A DNA stretch of 32,283 bases from positions 1-32,283 of the forward strand of contig CAYZWY010000001.1 in NCBI GenBank assembly GCA_964482315.1, given 5' to 3'. The position numbers and the translations under genes are program-made. The DNA is from Candidatus Woesearchaeota archaeon (GTDB lineage Archaea; Nanobdellota; Nanobdellia; Pacearchaeales; GW2011-AR1). Every line of letters begins with the position of its first letter. The first letter of the stretch is position 1. This document shows, one piece after another, positions 17,838 through 25,901 of this stretch. Below the pieces are notes generated by a model, which did not search any database, was not told the origin of the DNA, and was given only the letters and a program-made list of their open reading frames with translations.

Positions 17838-18755
17838 CTATCTTAAATTTTTTCTTTTGAATTTTGAAGATCTTTTTAAGATTTTAGATTTCTTTTTTTT
17901 ATTTTTATTTATTGATTTCTTCTTTAAATTTTTTTTGGGTTTTTTGATTTTCTTAAAATTAGATTTTTTTGGGGTTTTTTTAAATTTTTGGAGTTTCTTA
18001 AGTTTTTGAATTTTTTTAGATCTTTGAATTTCTTTGGGTTTCTTAAGTTTTTGAGATTTTTGAATTTTTTTGGATTTTTTAGATTTTCTTACTTTAGAAA
18101 TTTTGGGTTCTTTCTTCTTAACAGAAATTTTTTTAATCTCCTTTTTTTTTGCGTCTCTTTTAGCTTTTTTATTTTTAATCTTTTCCAATTGATCTTTTTC
18201 AATCCTCCGATTTTTCTTATTGACTAATCTCTTTGATTCTTTATTTTTTTCAAAAGTAACTAATTCTATTTCTTTTTTAACTTTTATTATTTTTTTTTCT
18301 AGAGAAATTATATCTTTTTTATTATTTAATAAATCATAAACTCCTTCGCATTCTGGACAAGTAAAATTATTCAATAAAGCAGTTTCTTCTGTAACTTCAA
18401 TAGAGCAAGAATTACAAAAATAATATCTTTTTTCTTTTTTATTTTTTAATTGATTTTTTAATTGTTCTAATTCTACTTTTAATTTAGATTCTAACAAACT
18501 TAAAGATTGATGAACATCTAAAGTCCAAAAATAAATATACCAACCTTTTCTTTTATCTTTTTTTCTAATAAAAGAAACTAATCGATAATCTGATAATCGG
18601 TATAAAATATTCCTTGTTTGATTTATGGTTAATCCCAATTTTTTTGCAATTAAAAATTCATTGACATCTTTTTTCCCAACTAAAAGATCTATGATTGTTA
18701 TAGAGGATTTATTTATTAAACTTTCAACAATTGATTTAAGGAATTTAATTTTCAT
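17838..18755 (-). CDS. tfe: transcription factor E (TFE-alpha / TFIIE-alpha homologue) with a long Lys-rich C-terminal tail
   Basis: N-terminal winged helix 'EFLIAKKLGLTINQTRNILYRLSDYRLVSFIRKKDKRKGWYIYFWTL', then zinc ribbon 'CNSCS...CPEC'. Residues ~171-305 are mostly K/R. Confidence 0.8.
   Translation of the reverse strand: MKIKFLKSIVESLINKSSITIIDLLVGKKDVNEFLIAKKLGLTINQTRNILYRLSDYRLVSFIRKKDKRKGWYIYFWTLDVHQSLSLLESKLKVELEQLKNQLKNKKEKRYYFCNSCSIEVTEETALLNNFTCPECEGVYDLLNNKKDIISLEKKIIKVKKEIELVTFEKNKESKRLVNKKNRRIEKDQLEKIKNKKAKRDAKKKEIKKISVKKKEPKISKVRKSKKSKKIQKSQKLKKPKEIQRSKKIQKLKKLQKFKKTPKKSNFKKIKKPKKNLKKKSINKNKKKKSKILKRSSKFKRKNLR
17993..18054. repeat. in-frame direct repeat inside the tfe tail
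   Basis: The exact 17-mer GTTTCTTAAGTTTTTGA occurs at 17993-18009 and 18038-18054, 45 nt (15 codons) apart. It encodes reiterated '..QKLKK..' units. Confidence 0.8.
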
Positions 18756-18874
18756 CTTTAATTTAGATTTTAATTGGAAATTAACTTTTAATAACTTTCT
18801 ATTAATTTTATTAAACTGTCGTCACTTAAAAATTTAACCAAAACTATATATATTACATTTAAAATTAGTAAAAT

Positions 18875-19459
18875 ATGGGATTATTTAGCAAAAAAAAACC
18901 TAAAGAAAAAATTTCAGGGAAAAATTTTGAAAATTCTAGTTTACCAAAAATACCAACATTACCAAATTTGCCAGAACTTAAAGAAATTTCTCGAATTAAT
19001 TATCAAAAACCAGCAATAAAAGAGGCATCCTTTGATTCATCCAGAAATGGAATAATTCTTCCTGCACCAAAAGTAAATGAACAAAATAAAATAAAATCGA
19101 TTATTAATAAAACAGAAGATATGCAAAAATCAAACTTTATGCCCAATCAATCTCAAATAAAAGAAGATTTATCAAAAGATTCTAATTTTAATTTATCTAA
19201 TTCTCAAGTGACTGAATTTACCAAAACAGAAATAAAAAAACCAGAACCAATATATATTAGATTAGATAAATTCGACACCACAAATGAAACTTTAAAAGAA
19301 GCAAAAAATAAAATTAGAAAAATTGAAGATTTATTGAAAAAAATAAAGGAAACAAGAAAGAAAGAAGAAACAGAATTAGAAGAATGGGAAAAAGAAATTT
19401 ATATTATAAAAACAAAATTAGACTTTATTGATAAGGATGTTTTTAATAAATTAAATTAA
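18875..19459 (+). CDS. hypothetical protein: low-complexity N-terminal region plus C-terminal coiled coil
   Basis: Lys/Glu-rich composition like the real genes here. 'MGLFSKKK' N-terminus. C-terminal 'PIYIRLDKFDTTNETLKEAKNKIRKIEDLLKKIKETRKKEETELEEWEKEI' has a heptad-like pattern. No family named. Confidence 0.6.
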   Translation: MGLFSKKKPKEKISGKNFENSSLPKIPTLPNLPELKEISRINYQKPAIKEASFDSSRNGIILPAPKVNEQNKIKSIINKTEDMQKSNFMPNQSQIKEDLSKDSNFNLSNSQVTEFTKTEIKKPEPIYIRLDKFDTTNETLKEAKNKIRKIEDLLKKIKETRKKEETELEEWEKEIYIIKTKLDFIDKDVFNKLN

Positions 19460-19466
19460 TTCTAAA

Positions 19467-19808
19467 ATGGAAGCAAAACATCTTAAATTAGATTATGAAA
19501 AAGCAATAATAACTAAAAAACAATTGCTTTCTTCAGAATTAAAATTATTGAATATCATAAAAAAAATACGGGAATACAAATTAGTTCGAATGAATGAATT
19601 TGCCATAAAAAATAAATTAAAAACAGAACTTAAATTTTTAGAAACGAAATTAAATTTAATTTTATCTTCTTTGCCCAAAACAAAATCAAAAAAAAATCCA
19701 ATAATACAAAAATCAAAGGAAGAAGTTACACTGAAAAAAAATTCTAGAAAAGGAAATATAGAACAACAACTTGAAGAAATTAAAGAAAAATTGAAAAAAT
19801 TTGCATAA
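19467..19808 (+). CDS. hypothetical coiled-coil protein (113 aa)
   Basis: Starts 7 nt after the previous ORF on the same strand. Helical, heptad-rich sequence. The antisense ORF 19493-19828 is a Phe-rich shadow. Confidence 0.55.
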   Translation: MEAKHLKLDYEKAIITKKQLLSSELKLLNIIKKIREYKLVRMNEFAIKNKLKTELKFLETKLNLILSSLPKTKSKKNPIIQKSKEEVTLKKNSRKGNIEQQLEEIKEKLKKFA

Positions 19809-19859
19809 TTTCCATTAAAATAATACATTTTAACTAAAAAAATCTTTTTTAAAAAAAAT

Positions 19860-19867
19860 TTAAATAG
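19860..19867 (+). promoter_or_regulatory. TATA box candidate for alaS
   Basis: TTTAAATA is centred about 25 nt upstream of the ATG at 19888. Confidence 0.45.
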
Positions 19868-19887
19868 GTCAAATACTACTTTTATTA

Positions 19888-21642
19888 ATGGAATATACTC
19901 GAGAAAAATTAATAAAAAATTTTCTTAATTTCTTTGTCAAAAAGAATCATAAAAAAATCCGGAATTTTTCATTAATCCCAGAAAATGACCCAACAGTTTT
20001 ATTCACTACTGCTGGAATGCATCCACTAATACCTTATTTATTGGGACAACCACATAGTCAAGGAAAAAAACTTTGCAATCTACAACGATGCATTAGAACA
20101 AAAGATATTATAATGGTCGGAGATAGTGAACATCATACTTTTTTTGAAATGCTTGGAAATTGGAGTTTAGGAGATTATTGGAAAAAAGATGCAATTGAAT
20201 ACTCATTTGAATTTTTAACAAAAATTTTAAAGATTCCAAAAGAGAAATTAGCAATAAGCATATTTGCAGGAAATAAAAATATGCCAAAAGATAATGAAGC
20301 TAAAAAAATCTGGGAAAATTTAAAAATTCCTAAAGAAAGAATAATTAATATAACTAATAATTGGTGGGGGCCTACTGGAAAGACTGGACCTTGCGGACCA
20401 GATACAGAAATATTTTATTGGAAATCAAAAAAACTTCCGATTCCTAAAAAATTTGATCCAAATAATGAAAATTGGATTGAAATCTGGAATAATGTTTTTA
20501 TGCAATATGAAAAAACTAAGGATGGAAAATACAAAGAAGCAAAACAAAAAAACATTGATACTGGAATGGGGGTTGAAAGAACAATTACTATTTTAAATGG
20601 TTTAGAAGACAATTATCTAACCAATATCTGGAGACCAATAATTAAAAAAATCGAGGAACTCTCAAAAGAAAAATATGAAGGAAATGAAAAAATTAACAGA
20701 TCAATGAGAATTATTGCAGACCACATTAAAGCTTCTGTTTTTTTAATTGCAGATGGAATTGTGCCAAGCAATACTGAACAAGGATATATTTTAAGAAGAT
20801 TAATCAGAAGAACAATAGTTCAAGGAAGAAATCTAAATCTAAAAAATTTTTCAGGGAAAATTGCAGAATCGGTTTTTGAAATTTATAAAGATTACAAACA
20901 TCTGCAAAAAAACAAAAAACAAATTTTAGACGAATTAAAAGAAGAAGAAAAAAAATTCAATAAAACACTAGAAAGGGGATTAAAAATAGCTGAAAAAATG
21001 GCTAAGAATAATATTACTATTTCAGGAAAAAATGCTTTCTTACTTTGCCAAAGTTATGGTATACCAATTGAAGTAATAAAAGAAATTGTTTCAAAATGGG
21101 GAAGTAATGTTGATGAAAAAGAATTTCAAAAAGAACTTTCAAAACATCAGGAACTCTCGCGAACAGCGTCAGCAGGAAAATTCAAATCAGGCTTAGCAGA
21201 TAATTCAAAAGCTACTATAAAACTTCATACTGCAGCACACCTATTAGCCCAAGCATTACGGTATACTCTAAAAAAACCCGATTTAATGCAAAAAGGATCT
21301 AATATCACTCCTGAAAGATTAAGATTTGATTTTAATTTCCCAAGAAAATTAACTGAAGAAGAAATAAAAAAAATAGAAAATTTAATTAATGAAAAAATTC
21401 AAGAAAAACTCCCAATTAAAAAGCAAGAAATGACTTTAAAAAAAGCAAAAGAGGAAAAGGCAATGGGTTCTTTTGAATCTAAATATAATGAAAAAGTTTT
21501 TGTTTATTCTATTGGTAATTTTTCAAAAGAAATTTGCGCAGGGCCACATGTCAAAAACACTTCAAATCTTGGTAAATTTAAGATAATAAAAGAAAAATCA
21601 TCAAGCGCAGGAATAAGAAGAATTAAAGCAATTTTAGAATAA
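19888..21642 (+). CDS. alaS: alanyl-tRNA synthetase, bacterial-type, short form without the C-Ala domain
   Basis: 'NDPTVLFTTAGMHP', 'LQRCIRTKDI', 'HHTFFEMLGNWSLGDYWKKDAIEYSFEFLT' match the bacterial AlaRS N-terminus. Editing-domain motifs 'HTAAHLL' and 'CAGPHV' are present. The ORF ends at 584 aa, right after the editing domain. Confidence 0.88.
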   Translation: MEYTREKLIKNFLNFFVKKNHKKIRNFSLIPENDPTVLFTTAGMHPLIPYLLGQPHSQGKKLCNLQRCIRTKDIIMVGDSEHHTFFEMLGNWSLGDYWKKDAIEYSFEFLTKILKIPKEKLAISIFAGNKNMPKDNEAKKIWENLKIPKERIINITNNWWGPTGKTGPCGPDTEIFYWKSKKLPIPKKFDPNNENWIEIWNNVFMQYEKTKDGKYKEAKQKNIDTGMGVERTITILNGLEDNYLTNIWRPIIKKIEELSKEKYEGNEKINRSMRIIADHIKASVFLIADGIVPSNTEQGYILRRLIRRTIVQGRNLNLKNFSGKIAESVFEIYKDYKHLQKNKKQILDELKEEEKKFNKTLERGLKIAEKMAKNNITISGKNAFLLCQSYGIPIEVIKEIVSKWGSNVDEKEFQKELSKHQELSRTASAGKFKSGLADNSKATIKLHTAAHLLAQALRYTLKKPDLMQKGSNITPERLRFDFNFPRKLTEEEIKKIENLINEKIQEKLPIKKQEMTLKKAKEEKAMGSFESKYNEKVFVYSIGNFSKEICAGPHVKNTSNLGKFKIIKEKSSSAGIRRIKAILE

Positions 21643-21674
21643 ATCAAAAAATTAAATTTTCCCACTTATCTCTT

Positions 21675-24134
21675 TTATGATTTAATATAAATTCCGGGTT
21701 TTCCAGGTTTAGCTTTTTTAGATTTTTTTTCTGGATCATATTTAGAAATTTTCTTATCATTGGTAGAATAAATATTAACAATAACAGAATTAGTATTCTT
21801 AGATATTAAATTTTTATTCTGAATAAATAAATTTAATTCTGAAGGGATTGTGTAAATATTTGTTTTGGGATTATTTATCTTTGCTAAATTCTTAATATGG
21901 TTGATATCATTAATTGCTTTTTCTATAATCTCTTCTTGATTCTCTAAAAGTTTATTGATTTTATTCTTGTTAGATTCTGGCCATTTTGCTAAACTAAGAA
22001 ATTCCTTATTACCTAACTTTTCCCATAATTCTTCTGAAATATGTGGGCAAAAAGGACATAATAATTTTAAAAAAATTTCTAATACTTCTTTTGAAATTTT
22101 TTTTTCATCATTTAATTTTTCGAATAATTTCCTTAATTTAATAATTGCTAAATTATATTTTAAATTTTTAATATTTTCTGTAATTTCTAAAATTGCCTTA
22201 TTAATTTTACTTTCAATTATTTTTGAAGAATTTCCGATTTTTATCTCACTAAAAAAAATCCAAATTCTATTTAAAAATTTCTGAATATTTTTTACCCCTT
22301 TATCTTCCCAATTAAAATTACTTTCTGGACTTGCAACTGAAACTTCAAACATTCTCAAAGCATCTGCACTAAATTTATTAATAATCTTTAAAGGATCAAT
22401 AATATTCCCAAGAGATTTGCTCATTCTTTTACCATTCCTTCCATAAACCATGCCTTGATTAAATAACTTGATTGCAGGTTCATTAAAATTCAATAAACCC
22501 AAATCCCTTAGAAATTTTGTATAAAATCTAATATAAATCAAATGCATACAAGCATGCTCCTGCCCGCCAATATAAAAATCAACTGGACACCAATAATTAA
22601 TTTCTTTTTTATCAAAAATCTGATTTTTATTTTTATTATCGCAATATCTTAAATAATACCAACTACTATTAACAAAAGTATCCATTGTATCTGTTTCTCT
22701 TCTTGCAAGTCTTCCACATTTAGGGCATTTAATTTTAATCCAGTTTTTTTCAGTTTCTAAAGGATTTCCCTTTCCAAATTTAACATTTTTTGGAAGTTTA
22801 ACTGGTAAATCTTTTTCAGGAACCGGAACCAATCCACATTTTTCACAATTAATAATTGGAATAGGGGCCCCCCAATATCTTTGCCTTGAAATCAACCAAT
22901 CTCTTAATTTAAAATTTATTTTTTTCTTACCTAATTTTTCCTTTTCTAAAAAATTAGAAATTTCTACTTTAGCTTTTTCATTATTTAATCCATTAAATTT
23001 CCCTGAATTAATTAAATTTCCCCCATCAAGATATGCTTGTTTTTTAAAATTTCCTCCTTTAATAACTTCTTTAATTGGAATATCATATTTTTTGGCAAAT
23101 TCAAAATCCCTCTTATCATGACCCGGAACTGCCATTACCATTCCACAACCATAATCGGCTAAAACAAAATTCCCAGCATAAATTGGAATCTTTTCTCTAT
23201 TAATTGGATTAATAGCATAACTTCCAGTAAAAACACCTTCTTTTTCTAATTGATTAATATTTTCTTCTGAAACAGAATTTAATTTTTTAATAAATTTTTT
23301 AACTTCTTTTTCTTTATTTTTAATAACTAAATCAAAAAGTTTGGGGTGCTGAGCAGAGATTACCATAAATGTAACTCCATAAATGGTATCAGGCCTAGTC
23401 GTGAAAATTGGCCATTTCATTCCATTAATTTCAAAATTAATTTCAGTTCCAAAACTTTTTCCAATCCAATTTTTTTGAAGTTTTTTAATATTTTCTGGCC
23501 ACCCACTTAATTCTGAAAAATCATTTAACTCATTAACATAATTTGTAATTTTGAAATACCATTGATTTAAATGTTTAATTTTAACATTGGTTTCTTTATG
23601 TCTCCAACACTTTCCATTATGAACTTGTTCATTTGCAAGAACGGTATTACATTTAGGACACCAATTTACTGGACTCTGTTTTTTATAAGCTAAACCATTT
23701 TCAAATAATCTTAAGAAAATCCATTGATCCCATTTATAATAGGCTGGGTCACTAGTATTAATAATCCTTGACCAATCATAACTTAATCCAACACTTTTTT
23801 GTTGCTTAATAAAATTTTTAATGGATTTTTTTGTATAATCCTCTGGATAAATCCCCTTTTTAATTGAAGCATTCTCTGCAGGCAATCCTAATGCATCATA
23901 ACCCATAGGGTGTAGAACATTAAATCCATTCATAATTTTAAATCTCGAATAAACATCCCCCAAAGTATAGTTTAAAACATGGCCCACATGCAATCCTTCT
24001 CCAGAAGGATAAGGAAACATTTCTAGAATGTAATATTTTTTCTTTTTCAAATTTTTTCCAACTTCAAATATTTTAGATTCTTCCCATTTTCTTTGCCATT
24101 TCTTTTCGATTTTTCTATAATCTATTTTTTCCAT
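21675..24134 (-). CDS. leuS: leucyl-tRNA synthetase, bacterial-type
   Basis: 'YYILEMFPYPSGEGLHVGHVLNYTLGDVYSRFKIMNGFNVLHPMGYDALGLPAE' is the bacterial LeuRS HIGH region. 'KMSKSLGN' is present. 819 aa. Confidence 0.92.
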   Translation of the reverse strand: MEKIDYRKIEKKWQRKWEESKIFEVGKNLKKKKYYILEMFPYPSGEGLHVGHVLNYTLGDVYSRFKIMNGFNVLHPMGYDALGLPAENASIKKGIYPEDYTKKSIKNFIKQQKSVGLSYDWSRIINTSDPAYYKWDQWIFLRLFENGLAYKKQSPVNWCPKCNTVLANEQVHNGKCWRHKETNVKIKHLNQWYFKITNYVNELNDFSELSGWPENIKKLQKNWIGKSFGTEINFEINGMKWPIFTTRPDTIYGVTFMVISAQHPKLFDLVIKNKEKEVKKFIKKLNSVSEENINQLEKEGVFTGSYAINPINREKIPIYAGNFVLADYGCGMVMAVPGHDKRDFEFAKKYDIPIKEVIKGGNFKKQAYLDGGNLINSGKFNGLNNEKAKVEISNFLEKEKLGKKKINFKLRDWLISRQRYWGAPIPIINCEKCGLVPVPEKDLPVKLPKNVKFGKGNPLETEKNWIKIKCPKCGRLARRETDTMDTFVNSSWYYLRYCDNKNKNQIFDKKEINYWCPVDFYIGGQEHACMHLIYIRFYTKFLRDLGLLNFNEPAIKLFNQGMVYGRNGKRMSKSLGNIIDPLKIINKFSADALRMFEVSVASPESNFNWEDKGVKNIQKFLNRIWIFFSEIKIGNSSKIIESKINKAILEITENIKNLKYNLAIIKLRKLFEKLNDEKKISKEVLEIFLKLLCPFCPHISEELWEKLGNKEFLSLAKWPESNKNKINKLLENQEEIIEKAINDINHIKNLAKINNPKTNIYTIPSELNLFIQNKNLISKNTNSVIVNIYSTNDKKISKYDPEKKSKKAKPGKPGIYIKS

Positions 24135-24307
24135 ATATTCCCAGAGTCTTCTTTATTTTTAAAATCTTGGATTTTTAAAAAATATTAGAACCAAATTCAT
24201 GCCTTAATTAAATATATCTTTAACTCAATATTTTAAATAGATATCTAAAAATATAAAAACCTTTTTTAATAATTTATAAAATATTAAAATAAGTTTTTGA
24301 TTAAGCA

Positions 24308-24847
24308 ATGAAAATAAAAAGAACGAGAAAAAATAAGAAAGAAAAAACCTTTCAGATTTACTTAAAAACAAATTTATTTTTCTCAAATTCTCAAAAAGCA
24401 ATCACCCTTGCTAAAAATAAGGGGCTTGGAGAATTTAAACAAAATAAAGTTATTTATTCTAATTACGAGGCTTTTTATTTAGTTGAAACAGAGAAAGCCA
24501 CCCCCTATTTTAAAAATAAAAGAATAACTCTAGAAAAATTATTAAGACTTCTTTCTAAAAAAGATAAAGAATTTCAAATCAATTATTTTGTTTATAAAGA
24601 TTTAAGGAAAAAATCATATATTCCAAAAACTGGATTAAAATTTGGTGCAGAATTTAGAGTTTATGAAAAAAATAAAACTCATGCAACTTATCTAACTTTT
24701 ATTAAAACTCCAAAACAAAAAATAAATTGGAAAGTGTTTGTAGCAAAAAATAGGGTTGCACACTCAACAGCTAAAAAACTTTTAATTGCATTAATTGACA
24801 CTCAGGAAGAAATTACCTATTATGAAGTAAATTGGATTAAATTATAA
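24308..24847 (+). CDS. endA: tRNA-splicing endonuclease (short, homotetramer-type size)
   Basis: 'GLKFGAEFRVYEKNKTHATYL' (catalytic Tyr/His region) and 'AHSTAKKLLIAL' (Lys). 179 aa. Confidence 0.85.
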   Translation: MKIKRTRKNKKEKTFQIYLKTNLFFSNSQKAITLAKNKGLGEFKQNKVIYSNYEAFYLVETEKATPYFKNKRITLEKLLRLLSKKDKEFQINYFVYKDLRKKSYIPKTGLKFGAEFRVYEKNKTHATYLTFIKTPKQKINWKVFVAKNRVAHSTAKKLLIALIDTQEEITYYEVNWIKL

Positions 24848-24851
24848 AAAT

Positions 24852-25823
24852 ATGATAATTAAAATAATATTATTCTTTTTAGGGATAATTCTTTTAATAA
24901 AAGGTGCTAATTGGCTAGTAAAAGGATCATCATCCTTAGCTAAAAAATTAGGAATTTCTACATTAGTAATTGGTCTAACTGTTGTTGCATTTGGAACTTC
25001 AATGCCAGAACTTATTATTAATATTCTAGCAGCAATTAAAGGCTCTGGAGAGGTGGCTTTTGGAAATATTATTGGTTCGAATATCTCAAATATATTATTA
25101 ATTTTAGGAATAACTGCATTTATTTGCAATGTTCGTGCCCCCCACTCAACAGTTTGGAAAGAAATTCCTTTTGCACTACTTTCAGTATTAGTTTTATTTA
25201 CGCTTTCAAATAAATTTTTTAACGGAACAAGAATTTTTTCATTAAATTGGGCAGATGGTTTAATCTTGCTTTTCTTTTTTGGGATATTTCTTTATTATGC
25301 AAGTGAATTAACTCAAATTAAAAAATCTAAAAAGAAAAAGAAAAAAGAAAAAACCAACACTGGAAAATTATCAAATAAAAAAATCAGTCTTCTAATTTTC
25401 TTAGGATTAATTGCATTATACTTTGGTGGAATCTGGACTGTTAATGGTGCAGTCTTTATTGCTCAGCAATTTGGTCTCAGCGAATTTTTGATTTCTGCCA
25501 CGATTATTGCAATTGGAACCTCATTACCAGAACTAGTAACCTCAATTACTGCAGCATTAAAAAAAGAGGTAGATTTAGCAATCGGAAATATTGTTGGTTC
25601 AAATATCTTTAACATTCTTTGGGTTTTTGGAATTACTTCCTTAATTGCCCCAATTAAAATTCCACAATTCATTAATTTAGATCTTGCAATTTTACTAATA
25701 ACCACCCTATTATTACTTTTATTTATGTTTACAGGTAAAAAACAACAATTAGAGAAAAAACATGGCATTTATTTTATTGCATTATATATTTTATATATAA
25801 TCTTTATTGTTTTAAGAGGTTAA
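24852..25823 (+). CDS. Na+/Ca2+ exchanger family (CaCA, YrbG-like) antiporter
   Basis: Two alpha-repeats: 'GTSMPELIINI...GNIIGSNISNILLILG' and 'GTSLPELVTSI...GNIVGSNIFNILWVFG'. Confidence 0.9.
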   Translation: MIIKIILFFLGIILLIKGANWLVKGSSSLAKKLGISTLVIGLTVVAFGTSMPELIINILAAIKGSGEVAFGNIIGSNISNILLILGITAFICNVRAPHSTVWKEIPFALLSVLVLFTLSNKFFNGTRIFSLNWADGLILLFFFGIFLYYASELTQIKKSKKKKKKEKTNTGKLSNKKISLLIFLGLIALYFGGIWTVNGAVFIAQQFGLSEFLISATIIAIGTSLPELVTSITAALKKEVDLAIGNIVGSNIFNILWVFGITSLIAPIKIPQFINLDLAILLITTLLLLLFMFTGKKQQLEKKHGIYFIALYILYIIFIVLRG

Positions 25824-25901
25824 TTTAATATAATTAATTTTATTAACTTATTTAATTCTTTTATTTTTATTAAACATCATTAATTGCTTAACATATTTTA
25901 T

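Noticed and set aside
17838-18263. Repetitive T/G-rich DNA with recurring 17-45-nt units that could look like a CRISPR array or satellite.
   Set aside because: The repeats are in frame within the tfe tail and imperfect apart from one 17-mer pair. They have no unique spacers of regular length, and no cas genes are present.
19493-19828. A 111-aa minus-strand ORF almost exactly coextensive with the 113-aa plus-strand ORF 19467-19808.
   Set aside because: The plus-strand product has the K/E-rich helical composition of the genuine proteins here and sits 7 nt after its upstream partner. The minus-strand product is a Phe-rich shadow. There is no evidence for a real overlapping gene pair.
24842-25768. 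Two antisense ORFs (24842-25129 and 25463-25768), each coinciding with one alpha-repeat of the CaCA antiporter.
   Set aside because: The symmetry simply reflects the internal duplication of the sense gene. The antisense peptides have no recognisable features.
25884-25901. The TTG start given by the track for the wHTH protein.
   Set aside because: An ATG lies 18 nt downstream (25902). All other genes in the window start at ATG, and the extra 'MLNIFY' adds nothing recognisable. The choice remains uncertain.
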